A stretch of 64,000 bases of DNA from Camelus ferus (taxonomy: Eukaryota): the NCBI RefSeq assembly GCF_009834535.1, contig NC_045696.1, forward strand, positions 114,826,001-114,890,000, written 5' to 3'. How positions within the stretch are numbered: position 1 is the first letter of the stretch; each line of letters starts with the position of its first letter. The notes below the pieces were generated by a model. It ran no database searches. It had not been told where the DNA came from and was given only the letters and a program-made list of their open reading frames with translations. The position numbers and the translations under genes were made by a program. Positions 38,254-49,998 of the stretch are shown in pieces.

Positions 38254-38315
38254 CAGTTCACCCTTGAACAGCACAGGGGTTAGTAGTGCTGACCTTCCAT
38301 GTACTTGAAAATCTT
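38254..38315 (+). mobile_element. Tigger2-type MITE left-end fragment
   Basis: ta|cagttcacccttgaacagcacaggggttag...tgctgacc...ttgaaaatc. Confidence 0.75.
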
Positions 38316-40396
38316 CAATTTCTTATAGCTTTTATATAGTTGAGTCAATCCTTCAACCTATTCTGATAATCTGTCTTTATTAGTTTGTTTAAACTATTTA
38401 CATTTCATGACGTGTTTGATATATTAGCATTTATACATTTGTCATTTGATTATGTGTCTTCTGTTTGTTCTCTCTGTTTCCCCTTCTCTGCCTTCCTGTA
38501 GGTCACTGAACATTCTATTCATTTTCTTACATGGGCCCCTCTGCTCAGAAGTTTATACCCAGCTTAAAGAATCCCTTTCCCCAGCAATTTCATCTATATA
38601 ATCCTCCCTTTATTCTGTAGTTGGGGGGGGGGTGCTACTCTTTGCTCTCCTTACTTACCTCACGATGGACATGGTGAGGATGATCAACCAGATTCCTTCC
38701 CATGGTCTCCACGTTTGCTGTGAGGAGACGCATCCTCTGTAGTGGTAGTGCAGGGTGGGCAGGGCTGCAAGGACCGATCTTGGAGTCCTGAGGTCTCCAT
38801 CCACTCTACCTTCTCTTCTCTTTCAACTTTCCGATGGTTGCTTTATGTATTTTGTCCAGAGTTTTTAGTTGTACTATACAGGATCAATAGGGTAGAACGT
38901 GTTTCCTTCATCTTGCCTCAAACTAGGAATGTGATCTGTACCAAATTCTTACTCATTCTTATTATTCTCGTGTGGCCATTGTACTGTGTGTAAAATAAAA
39001 TCATAGCAGTTTTTTTGGATTGTTCATTTTCTATATAGCCTTTACCCCCACCCCCACCCCCTACAGGCACATGCACATGTGCGCATCCCACACAGGGAGT
39101 CCATGTTTGGTCTTCGACTGCGTCCTCTGACTGAATTGCTTTTTTAAACCTCAGAGTCTTCATGTTATGGAGTAAGATATTAAGGAAGCTTTATTTGAGG
39201 ATGAAGAAAAAGGGCTATTGAAGCTATGAAGTATTTCCCGAAGCCAAAAAGTATTTTAAAATACAAACCTTTGTTTATCCCTGCCAGGAAAGTAATATCT
39301 GAGGGCTTTTAAAAAAATATTGTGTATATAAAACTAATTAGTGTTTTATTAAAAAAGCTTAATTAACTGCACTTCCAGCTAATAAGCCATTTAAGAGATT
39401 TTATAAACATCTAGAATTTTAGTCCTTAGACTATAGTGATTTCCTAGTCTAATTCTTTCATTTTAAAAAGGAACAATGTAAGGCAACTTCATAATATTTA
39501 CACAGTCTGAATTTATTGTGTTATATTTTTGTAAGCTAATGGAATTTTCAGTGAGTAAGATGGACTAATTAATCTCTTCCTTAAATGTGGAAAAATCAAA
39601 CATTTTATACAAAGTACATTTGCTGGAATTTCAGAATAGGAAGAAATCACTAATAATTTATTATAAATATACTTTTACTGATTTTTAGATAAGTTACTAT
39701 TAAAGATATATGGGTACATTATTAAATTTTTAAAATATTAATATTTCCTAGGCACTCAGTCATTAGGGAGAAAGTTGCTGCAATGTTGATAAATTAAAGA
39801 CCATTAATTATTATTATTATTCAGTAATGTTTTTGCAATTCCTCCACAAAAATGTGTTTATAAAATGCATTTAATGGAACACTAGTCATGTCGTATATTG
39901 AGGTGTATTTTGAAATAAATTTGTCTTAAACAATCTCTTGCATTGATCGTACCATCTAGTCACTGAAACTTTCCATCATCTTGTTCTTAATTCTCACCTT
40001 GTGCAGCTTAAATTATGCATTTTACCATTACAGTCACTCCCTTGCATGTACCTTCAATGTCTTTCCTCCTTTCTCACTTGGAGGGCAAAATGTGGGCTCT
40101 AGTTAAATCATATAGCCCTCTGCTTCAGGACTGACCATCATGGCCTTCTCCCCATCTGTGTTCTTTCTCTGCTAATGCATGTGCTTCCTGTTTCACTATA
40201 AAAATAGAAGGGATCAGCCAAGAACTTCCATGAGCTCCCCTTTGGCCTCCTCCTACCAACTTGCATCTGCCCGCTTGTGTTCTTTGGATAAACATCTGTT
40301 CTCTTGCCTCTCCCTTCCCCCCGGGCCTTAGGGTCTGTCCTCTTTCCTGGTCCCAGTCCACCCTGCAGTAGTCACTCCAGTCTCTCCTGACACATC

Positions 40397-40777
40397 TGTT
40401 AGAATCGGAGAGAAAGGATCAGAGACTGCTCAACGGCAGAGTCAGGTTTATTGCGAGAAACCTGCAGAGGGGGTCTCCAGTTACACTGGAGCCGTTCTCT
40501 GCCTACAGGCTTGGTTATTTATGCCAGGGTTAGGGTACGAGCTGATTGGCGGGTTCTTATGCAAATGAGTGATGCTGAAAGCGAGAGGGGGCGTGTCTGA
40601 AAAAGAGAGGGGCATGTTTGAAAGACAAAGGGGCATGTCAGATAAATTCTCCCACCAGTAGTTCTCACTCTGGTCCGGGGAGGGTTTTACTGGCAGAAGG
40701 CGGAAGTTGTGGCTTGTCTGCTCGGCTTGTCCCGAAATGGCAGCAGATCACCAAAGTGGAGTCGGTCTTGTCTGTCA
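40397..40777 (-). mobile_element. Well-preserved ERV solo LTR (381 bp)
   Basis: TG...CA ends; perfect 5-bp TSD acatc at 40392-40396 and 40778-40782; minus-strand AATAAA (40447-40452), TATA-like and CCAAT boxes; many CpGs retained. Confidence 0.85.
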
Positions 40778-41521
40778 ACATCATTTTTTCATTCTCTGCT
40801 GGGCGTTTCCTATCAGTGTCCAAAGATCGTATTATTCTTTTATCTTAAAATTATTCACTTCACTTTTCTCTCTACCTTCAACCCCACTTACCTCTTTCTC
40901 TTTATAGAAAAGCTCCTTGAAAGATCTATTTAGACTGTCTCCGATTTCTTGCTCCCAGTTTTTCCTTGAATCCACTCCAGCAGACGTTGCTTCCTTCACC
41001 TTGTCATTAACATTGTTCAGCTTTTCAAGGTCACCAATGACTTCACACTGGTAAATCTGAAGGTCAACCCTCAGCCCTCACTTTACCTGACATTAGAAAG
41101 AGATTTTTCCTTTCTCATTGAAAGATGACCTTCACTCGGTCTCTAATCTGATTTTCCCTGAGCACATCTTCATTGTTCATTGGCTCCTCACCTCCGTGAC
41201 CTCTAAATGTCAGAGGGCCACGGGGCCCTAACCCTTGGGACGATCCATTTGTTTTTATTTTATTTCCTTGGTGATTTCATACAGTGTTATGACTTTAAGT
41301 GCTTTCTAAACATTGGTGGTTTCCAAATTATATTTCTAGCCTAGATCTCACCCCTGAACTGAGGTAGCCATGTGAGATTCATAGAGCCGATTGCTACTTA
41401 ATGCCTGTATTAATATGCAATCAATCAATCAATCATCTTTCACATGTAGCATGTGCAAAACTGAGTTCCTAATCTTCCCTCTTTAAGATCTGCTCCCTTT
41501 ACCTTCATGACAATTTGGAGT

Positions 41522-41605
41522 CTGTTCTGTTCTGTTCTATTGCATTCCATTCTATTTTTATATTCTATTATTCTATTCTATTCTATTCTATTCTATTCTA
41601 TCTCA
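41522..41605. repeat. (TTCTG)/(TTCTA)n pentamer repeat
   Basis: Directly visible. Confidence 0.9.
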
Positions 41606-43689
41606 TCTCACCCATCCCATTGTACCCATCCTTTACATAGTATGTTTTATGTAATATAGTATAGTTTAATAACTCCCAACAATCTGCCCCCAATATATCA
41701 GCCAGAGTGTTACTATCAAAACAGAAGTCAGATTAGGCCCCTCCTCTGCTCAAACTCCTCCAGTGCCTTTTTATTGGAAACTTGGAATAAAGGCAAAGTC
41801 CATATAGTGGCCTTCAAAGTTCAATATAATCTGATTCCCTCTTTTTTACCTCATTTCTTGCCCCTCTCCCCTTCACTTATAGCAGACCAGCCATACCAGC
41901 ATGCTTACTCTTTCTCTGATTGCAAGCTAAGCTTGATTTCACCTCAGGGCCTTTGCACTTGCTATCGCCGCTGTTTAAAATACTTTTTTCCCAGAAAACT
42001 GCACGACTCATTTCCTTACCAACTTAGCTCTTTATGAAGCATCATTTCCCTCGACCTCTCTCGATATTTTCTTTACCCACATTGTGACGCCTCCACATAC
42101 TTGCCTTTTCCCTTTCCTCCTTAGGACTTACTCAACAAAGCATTTCTTGCCCTTGTTTATTTTATTTAATTTCTCTCTGCCTCACTTAAACCTAAACTCC
42201 ACGAAGACAAGGGATTTTGTCAGTTTCTTGCTGTCTCTTCAATACCTAGAAAACACTCCAGCTTATATTGGAGGCTCAGTAATGTTTTTAGAGTAATTAG
42301 GGTGAAGAAGTCAATTTTTCATGTAAGAAAAGAATTCATTTGATATAATTGGTACAACTTTGAGAGAATACTATTGCAAAATGACATGTACAGCTCATTA
42401 CTGTGTAAAATCTAGAATCAATGATAATAGGAAAAAAAAAACAACAACAAAGAATTTTCCAGGTTACAAATCAAATCATGCGTAGGTCTTTGGGGATTTT
42501 TGTCTTGTTGGTTATCTATCTCATTTTTCATGATAAATTGAGGCCACTCCATTCAACAACTTTCTCAGAGTTTTTCAGTGCCCTGAACGTGATGGCCAGA
42601 AGCCTCTTCTGCTGCTTGCTTTGTATCTGTGCGGTGGAAATCCTCTGCGCCTTGTTCATGCTGTGCATCCGGGCACACAGACGCACCGACTCAAAGCATT
42701 TTTCTTTCTCATCTGAACAGGTTACTGTTTCAGGATTCTTTAGTCAATACCTTTTCCATTCACATCATATTAAGAGGCAATTTCAAAGTTTAATCAAAGA
42801 CTTCAGCAATTGTTGCTGATTACGCCTGCTGAATTAAACGTGGGGGCTTCAGACAGTGAATTGAGTCGTGTTGAGGGCCTCAGTGGTAGGGAAGCAAGGC
42901 AGGAAGGGCTTCTCTCCGTGCTGTGAGCTCTTGCAGGAGGAGTATTGATCTATTTGCTTTTGTGCTTCAGGGTTTGGCTGGTCAGTTATTTACAGATCAC
43001 TGAGACAGTGATTGTTTGGGAGCAGGTGAGAAAGCAGGAGGTTGAATTTCCTGCGCTTAGACCTCGGCGTGAATGTTGAGGGTATAAAATAAAAACACAT
43101 TGTTTTAAAGAAGCAGACATGTCACAGTGGATAATAACCAGGAGGCTTAATCAGGGTCTCTTTAAATAAAAACATAAAAAATAATTTTCATATAAGGCAT
43201 GTCTGCATCTGTGGCTACTAGGCTTCCAGATGTTGAGTATGGCCCAGTCAGAGGGAAAACACAAACCTGGTAATTCATTTTGGTTTATGGGTGTATAGAT
43301 GGTCTCAAAGCTTCAAAGCTCCCTTCTACCTTTAAGAGTCACTGTTTCTAATATTGTATTCCTTTTGCAATAAATATTTTTCAAGAGCCTGTTTGTTTCA
43401 AGTCATATATAATGTCCTAGGAATATAGAAATTGAATAAGAAATCATTTTAAAAATTCTTTTTTTTTTAGAAACTACCTCTTAGGGTTGTTATGAGTATT
43501 AAAAGAGATAAACAATAGTATTATGAACTAGATTATATTAATATTCACAAAATATAGATGACGAGGTAAAGACAGCTTAGTTTCCTTTGAACGATATGTG
43601 CGGTATCACACAGCTAGTAAGAGGCAGAGAAAGAACCAAATTCTGGTGGCCTGAATTCAGAGCTGGAACATTTACATGCTGTGCTGTAC

Positions 43690-44063
43690 CTTACCGTCTG
43701 GATCCTGTGCCCCCACCTGAATTCATATGTTGACCCCCTAACCTCCAACGTGACTGCATTTGGAGATAAGGCCTTTAAAGAGGTGATTAAGGTTAAATGA
43801 GGTCATTAAGGATAGGGTTCTCATCTAACATGACTGATGCTTTTATGAGAAGAGGAAGAGACACCAGAGACATGACACACAGTGCAAAGGCCATGTGAGG
43901 ACACAGCGAGGAGGCAATCCTCTGCATGCCACAGATAGCTGCCACGGAAGAAGCCACGCCTCCAACACCTTGATCTTGGACTTCCAGCCTCCAGAACGGT
44001 GAGAACTGCTTAAGCCTCCCAGCCTGGGGTCACTAGTTATAGCAGCCCTAGCTGACCGGGACA
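43690..44063 (+). mobile_element. MaLR MLT1A/B-like solo LTR
   Basis: aattcatatgttga...tttggagataaggcctttaaagaggtgattaaggttaaatgaggtcat...acaccttgatcttggacttccagcctccagaac...gttatagcagcc. Confidence 0.9.
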
Positions 44064-46302
44064 CCATACCTTTGCCCCCGGTGCTGGAAGGCCCCTTTTT
44101 AACTTGCCACAGTCTCTAGTACGCAACAGATGTTGAATAAAAATTCACTAATAGAGGCTCATCAGACGCCTCCTAAAACAATGTGAAGAGATCCCAACCA
44201 GTCCTACGACAGCAGATCTACTGGATTGACAGTAAGCAACCTATTTTCAAATCCACCCCTACCGGAGAAGCCCCAACCTCCAGACCTGCCAGGTGACTGA
44301 AGGGGTTATAAGAAGTCCCTGGAAGCAGAGGACATGACCAGAAGCAATGGACAGAGACCCAGTGGCCCCAAGGCGAGAAACGACTCTGCAAATGGAGTCA
44401 AAGAGGAGCCCTGCTGCAGAACAGATCCAATTAAATGTGATTAATTTAAAAAAAAAAAAAAGATTTGAGCCTGCACATGCACAAGCATCCTCCCTCCGAG
44501 GGCTTTCTAAATGAAACACGTTTTCAGATGAAAATGGAAGTGAATTACTCTAGAATGAGTTCCAGTTCATATGCCAAAGGAGTGCGATTTTAGAGTCGAT
44601 CTGTTCACATTTGGCCTAGGTCAGTGCCTTCTTTTTGTGTTTGTTCAGGATTCCTTCTGACTTCGTTTTACAGCAATGAAGATGTTGACTTGTATCCTTA
44701 ATCCATGTTGAGTAGCTGACTAGTTATTTATCTTGTATTAAGTTCCAAGCAAATCTCTTTTGAAGGCAGAGCCGGTGGCCAAGTTCATGTGGCAGGTGGC
44801 ATTCTTGGCAGCCCACGTGGACAGCTCATCTGTGGGCTCTGTAGCTCCTCTAGAACAGTTAATCTGGACTTGATGCTCATCTTATATAAGAAAATTAATG
44901 TTCTGGGTTTTTTTTAGAATTAGATAATCCCTGAAGAAGCAATGCAGATAGGAGGTGACAATTTCCTGTGCATGCTAAACAACTAAAAGCGTTTTCAGTT
45001 TGGTTGACAAGGCTGCAAAACTGGTAACTGTTTCTAAAAAATTTTATCTAAAAAACAGTAGTAGAAAGTCCATGTGGAATGCTCCTATTTCTACATTTGG
45101 AATGAAGCAAGAAATAGTGTTAAAATAGCACTTACCTCGTGTTCTTAGACCTCTGAAAGTCTAAACCCAGAACTGTTACTATTAGCTGAGGATGTGCTAA
45201 GTCAGGTCAAGGATATTATGCTCCAGAGACACTGTGTCTGTCAGGGCTTTGCTCGCCTGAATAGTGTGTAGGCTGCACTTTTACTCCAGTTCCAATGGAT
45301 TTTTTAACCTCCTGATGACATCACTGGGAAAAAAATGTTAATTTCTTAACTCAAAGTACTAGAAGTTCGAATGGCATAGTTTGTATGTGCATTGTCATTT
45401 AAAAATACCTTGTGTATACAACACCCTTTGGAGATGTTCAGTCTACAACCTGTACAACTGTACGCAGCAACCTTCCTCTCACTCCTTCCCTCCACCCCCA
45501 TAACCACAGCCTTTTACGCTAAGCAACAAGCTTGTATTTCCACTTGTCTTGTGATTTCCTATGATTTATTACCTTTTGCTTCTTGAAGGAATTTATCAAT
45601 TATGGCAAAACAATTTAACTTTTGGAGGGATTACCAATCTGAAGTCATTTATTTTCTGCTAGTCATCTGAGATGACTAAACTCAGGGAAGTGATAGCAGA
45701 CTTTAGAATTATAGTTCATAATACCATAGCTCATAATTCCACAGTTCATAATGCCATAAGTATACTGCCTTTATTTTACTTTACAGCTATTGAAAGTGTC
45801 TGTGTCTAAATATTTTGTGACATTTATTATAACTCTAATATTCTTCAGGAAGAAAACAACATTGTTTTCTATTTCATGGTGATTCTGTTACTTGTCATAG
45901 GCCTTATTTAAACAAAATTCATTTTGTTTGTCCTTCTTAAGGTGATGTATTTATTCTTCATGCTACTTATATAATATCCATGAGAGGGCAGTAGAGTATC
46001 TGGTTCAGACTTTAAGAAATTGAGCCATGTGAAATTATGTTTTTAAAAATCCACAACCTTCACATTACTATTTTGTTTTAGATTAAAGCAATTGTTACCT
46101 TTATCAGCTAAATGCTGTAATACAAAAAAGTAAATATTTTTTCTTAATTTCTTCTGGCAATAGTGAACATCCTCTCATGTAGATTTTTTTTCATTAATAA
46201 TAATCAATGGTAATATTACTATTATTAATTTTGATCCAGTTAGATGTTTATTGATCATTAAGTTTACATGTAAGTAAATATTTAACATATTGAATTCTGG
46301 TC

Positions 46303-46958
46303 TTTTTTTTTTTAATATATTTTTATTGAAGTATAGTTAGTTTACAATGCTGTGTCAATTTCTGGTGTACAGCACAATGCTTCAGTCATACAGGAACACA
46401 CATATATTCATTTTCATATTCTTTTTAACCATAAGTTACTACAAGATATTGAATATAGTTCCCTGTGCTATACAATATGAACTTGTTGTTTATCTATTTT
46501 ACGTATAATAGTATCTGCAAATCTCAAACTCCCAATTTATCCCTTCCCCCCTTCCCCCACCCCCATAACCATGTTTGTTTTCTATGTCTGTGAGTCTGTT
46601 TCTGTTTTGTCAGTAAGTTCATTTGTGGTTTGTTTTTTTTTTTTAGATTCCACATATAAGTGGCATCATGTGGTATTGTTCTTTCTCTTTCTGGCTTACT
46701 TCACTTAGAATGACAATCTCCAGGTCCATCCATGTTGCTGCAAATGGCATTCTTTTATTCTTTTTTATGACTGAGTAGTATTCCAATGTATACCACAACT
46801 TCTTTATCCAGTCATCTGTCCATGGACATTTCGGTTGTTTCCATATCTTGGCTATTATAAACAGTGCTGCTATGAACATTGGGGTGCATGTATCTTTTTG
46901 AATTAAGGTTCCCTCTGGATATTTGCCCAGGAGTGGGATTGTTGGATCATATGGTAAG
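46303..46958 (-). mobile_element. Relatively young 5'-truncated L1 (ORF2 C-terminus + 3'UTR + tail)
   Basis: ORF 46643..46879 MFIAALFIIAKIWKQPKCPWTDDWIKKLWY...; T-run at 46303. Confidence 0.92.
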
Positions 46959-47489
46959 TGGTCTATTTTTTTAATTAAGAAAATATCAAGTGTTCATTAA
47001 AAAAAATCCAGTTGGATAAATCAGTGTGAATTCAGATGGCTTTTCTATTTGCCCTGTTACTTAGTTGTTTGATACTCATTTTGGCTGAGCAAGAAGCCTG
47101 TGTCTCACCTCTTCCTCTTGAAGTCAGAAAGATAAGCTTTTTCTTACTTTCAAAATTATCATTTGTATAACCATCCCCTATTTTTAACTTGGCTCATTGC
47201 TAATAGTATCATGTTAACTCAGTTGCAAGAAGCCTTTTCTGCAACCTGCTCATCTTGGAGGGACCATTATGAAATTACATTGCTCAAAGGATGGCTTGTG
47301 AATGGTTACTGAGTTCCTGTTTACTCTCATCTCCAGGAGAGTACAGATCTCCTGGTACCAAAAGCATACTTCTCCTTGTAATAATTTAAGATAATTCTAT
47401 AAGCTTCATATTGCTGGATTTTCTCTTCATAACCACTTAGATACCTTGACATTGGACCTAAGCCAATGGGGATTTCTAAAGCCGAGCAT

Positions 47490-47710
47490 CTTAGAGCCTG
47501 AGTTTGGAATTGCCAACCTGAATCCTGTTTATGCCACTGATGGAAAAGTGACCCTGGACAATTATGTCACTTGCCTGAGCCATTTCCCCAAGCGGTTGAA
47601 AGAGGATAATAATTTTGCTTAGTATATAGGGTGGTTATGATGGGTAAATGACCAGGCACTTAATAAAGTGACTAGCATATAGGAGCAACTCAATAAATGT
47701 TTCTGTTCAT
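47490..47710 (+). mobile_element. MIR remnant
   Basis: tgaatcctg...gtgaccctggacaatt...tgagccatttcccc...agcaactcaataaatgt. Confidence 0.6.
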
Positions 47711-49419
47711 TAGTTTTAGTGTTTCATGTACTTTCTATAAAAAAAATGCTATTAGAAATAGTCTTATAAACCTATTGTCCTATTTATAGGAAATAAAATT
47801 TTCAGGGACATATTCCTTATCTTACCAGGCCCCATGGAAGGAGTGTGTCTCTAATTTGCGCACTACCATGCCTTAGATTATATTGACAATTAATTGGCTT
47901 TTCTGATAATCACTTTGAATTCATTGTCTGTCTCTGTGTCAGTTGTTAGAAAGCTTACATTCAAACTTCTGCCTCCTTTCTAGCAAATTTTGCATAATTT
48001 AACCCCTTGTATTTCTTTATATCTTCTCCTTTATACACAGTCCCCCCTTTTTTCTATTTTCTTAATACACTTCTATTACATTTTACTATGTATATTTTTG
48101 CAAGAGGCCTTAAATTTCTTCTTGGACTGGTTTTGCAGGGCAACCGTCCATAGAGGCAAATGATCAAAATGAATTTGAGTGCTTCTTGAAGAGCATACTT
48201 TCTAACTTATTGAAAGAAAGGTGGTATATATTGACCCCTGAATACTTCACTCTGTGGGTTCTAGTAATTATGGCCTCAATAAAAAGTATCTTTTGGTATT
48301 AAACCCAAAATGTAGATCTACAAGAATCCTACACGTAATGCATTTAAGAGATGAATGCAAAGGAAAGTTTGTAATTTGAGGAACTGATTCTCCCAGCTCT
48401 CTCACTCCGAATATCTGTATATTATAAAAATTCACTAGTTTATAAGGATTATCATCCTATCCGGGCACAGTTGAAATCATATTCATGTGTAAATGCTTGT
48501 AATGTACAGCATCAAATGTAAACTCCCAAAGCTTGCATCCTTTAGATGCACACAGAAAAATACAGAAATTAATCCTGCTTCTGAGATAGGAACGTTCACC
48601 CCCAAATAGGCCCTTGGTAACCCTCCAGTTTTCATCTGGAAGTGGTCAGGACTGCATCCTCTGAGAGCCTTCAGCACGGCCATCAGCTCGCTTTAGAGTG
48701 CTATCAAGATCAAATGTGGTGAAGATCATTTTATGTGGAAAAAGCAAAAGCCTCTTGCCTTGTGAGGTTGTAACCCTGCCTCTGGAGGTTTTTCCTGATA
48801 ATTACTCAAATCACCCAGCCGTTTCAGAGGTCACAGGACTAAAGCTCCACTGCTCATATTTTCCCTGAAATTAGGAAACCTACGACCGGATCACACTGGG
48901 GGCTTTGCAACAAGGCTAATTAAGCTCTCCAGATTCTCATTACGGTTCACAGGAAGCTTGCGTTTTCAGAACTGGCAAAGTCTCCTTCACTTTCTTTGCT
49001 GTGATTGGTGACATCTCACCAGTTGTCTTTGTCCTTGTTAATGATGGGTCTTGTAGCACGATGGTCTCATCCTTTGCTGTATGTTGGGAGTGGCTATTCT
49101 TCCATTTGCCACAAAATTAAGGATTAGAGGGAGCAACCATAGGATACAAAATAATGTGGGCTCAGGTATCAGAGTGAATTTTTTAAGGAAATCTGAGGAC
49201 ACCTATACTCCCTTTTTACTTTGTGCGGCAACTTCATTTTTGTTCATTCTTTTTCTGTTGTTTTACTCTATTATAACAATTGATTTCCAAAATGTACCTA
49301 TTTTACTGGAAACTCCCTGAAGGCAGAGTCTATGTTTCCTTTTTATCTCTGCAATGTCCAGCATTCTCCCTGGACGTGGCAAATATTGTTGATGCCTTGA
49401 CCAAACCTGCTAGGTTCTC

Positions 49420-49998
49420 ACCTTCCACCAATGACTTCCTGCTACCAGCCCTACAGTGGCTTTTCCCATGGATTCCTTGGGCCATGGGAGAACACACCCT
49501 AAGCAATCTTAGTGCCAGAGAATTAACACCCCAGGGTAAGCCCTCAATCAAGAATGAATGGAGGGGAGAAGGTATAGCTCAGTTAGTAGAGTGTGTGCCT
49601 AGCATGCACAAGGTCCTGGGTTCAATCCCCAGTAACTCCATTAAAAGTATAAACAAATAAACCTAATTACCTCCACTCCCCAAAAAAGGAAGCAACCCCT
49701 CCAAAAAAAAGAGTGAATGGGAGTTGCTAGAAAAATACCAGAGATTTCTCACCCCTTAGCTGGGAGAACTCCTAAGTCTGTTCTACAAACTGTCTTCCAA
49801 TGGCCACCAGTGGGATGGAGCCGAACTTCCTCACATCAGTGATCGACTCATGACTGCACCTTCTGTTGTCTTCCTTTCTTTTTCTTTTTCTCTTCCCCAG
49901 TTCCATAGTATCCTCTGGGATCATCACCTCCCAAATGAACCACCTGCACGCAAGTCTCTATTTCAGGGTCTACTTCTAGGGAAATACAAAGTAAAACA
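49420..49998 (+). mobile_element. ERVL LTR16-like LTR interrupted by a SINE
   Basis: agagaattaacacccc...tgggagttg...tgttctacaaactgtct...tcacctcccaaatgaaccacctgcac...tcagggtctacttctagggaaa...aaaaca. Confidence 0.7.
49562..49708 (+). mobile_element. tRNA-derived SINE (camelid vic-1-like)
   Basis: A box tagctcagttag, B box ggttcaatccc, tail aataaacctaattacctcc; TSD aaga(a/g)tgaatgg at 49550-49561 and 49709-49720. Confidence 0.88.

Larger units (their letters stand above)
35548..38930 (-). mobile_element. Fragmented old L1 (L1M-type) with nested insertions
   Basis: tttgttttgaaataatt...gttgcaaaaatagtacagaga 3' end; ORF2 antisense motifs ccagttgttccaacactatttgttga, tagatcaatttggagaga, tcatctgcaaatag. 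Confidence 0.75.
40120..42300 (+). mobile_element. Long degenerate L2 remnant, interrupted by an LTR and a simple repeat
   Basis: tcaaggtcaccaatgacttc, tatatttctagcctagatctcacccctgaact, cctcctctgctcaaactcctccagtg, cctcagggcctttgcacttgct and a 3' end near 42290. Confidence 0.75.

Noticed and set aside
40578..40641. CRISPR-like or independent tandem array
   Set aside because: Three degenerate adjacent units without spacers, inside an LTR U3 region of a eukaryotic genome.
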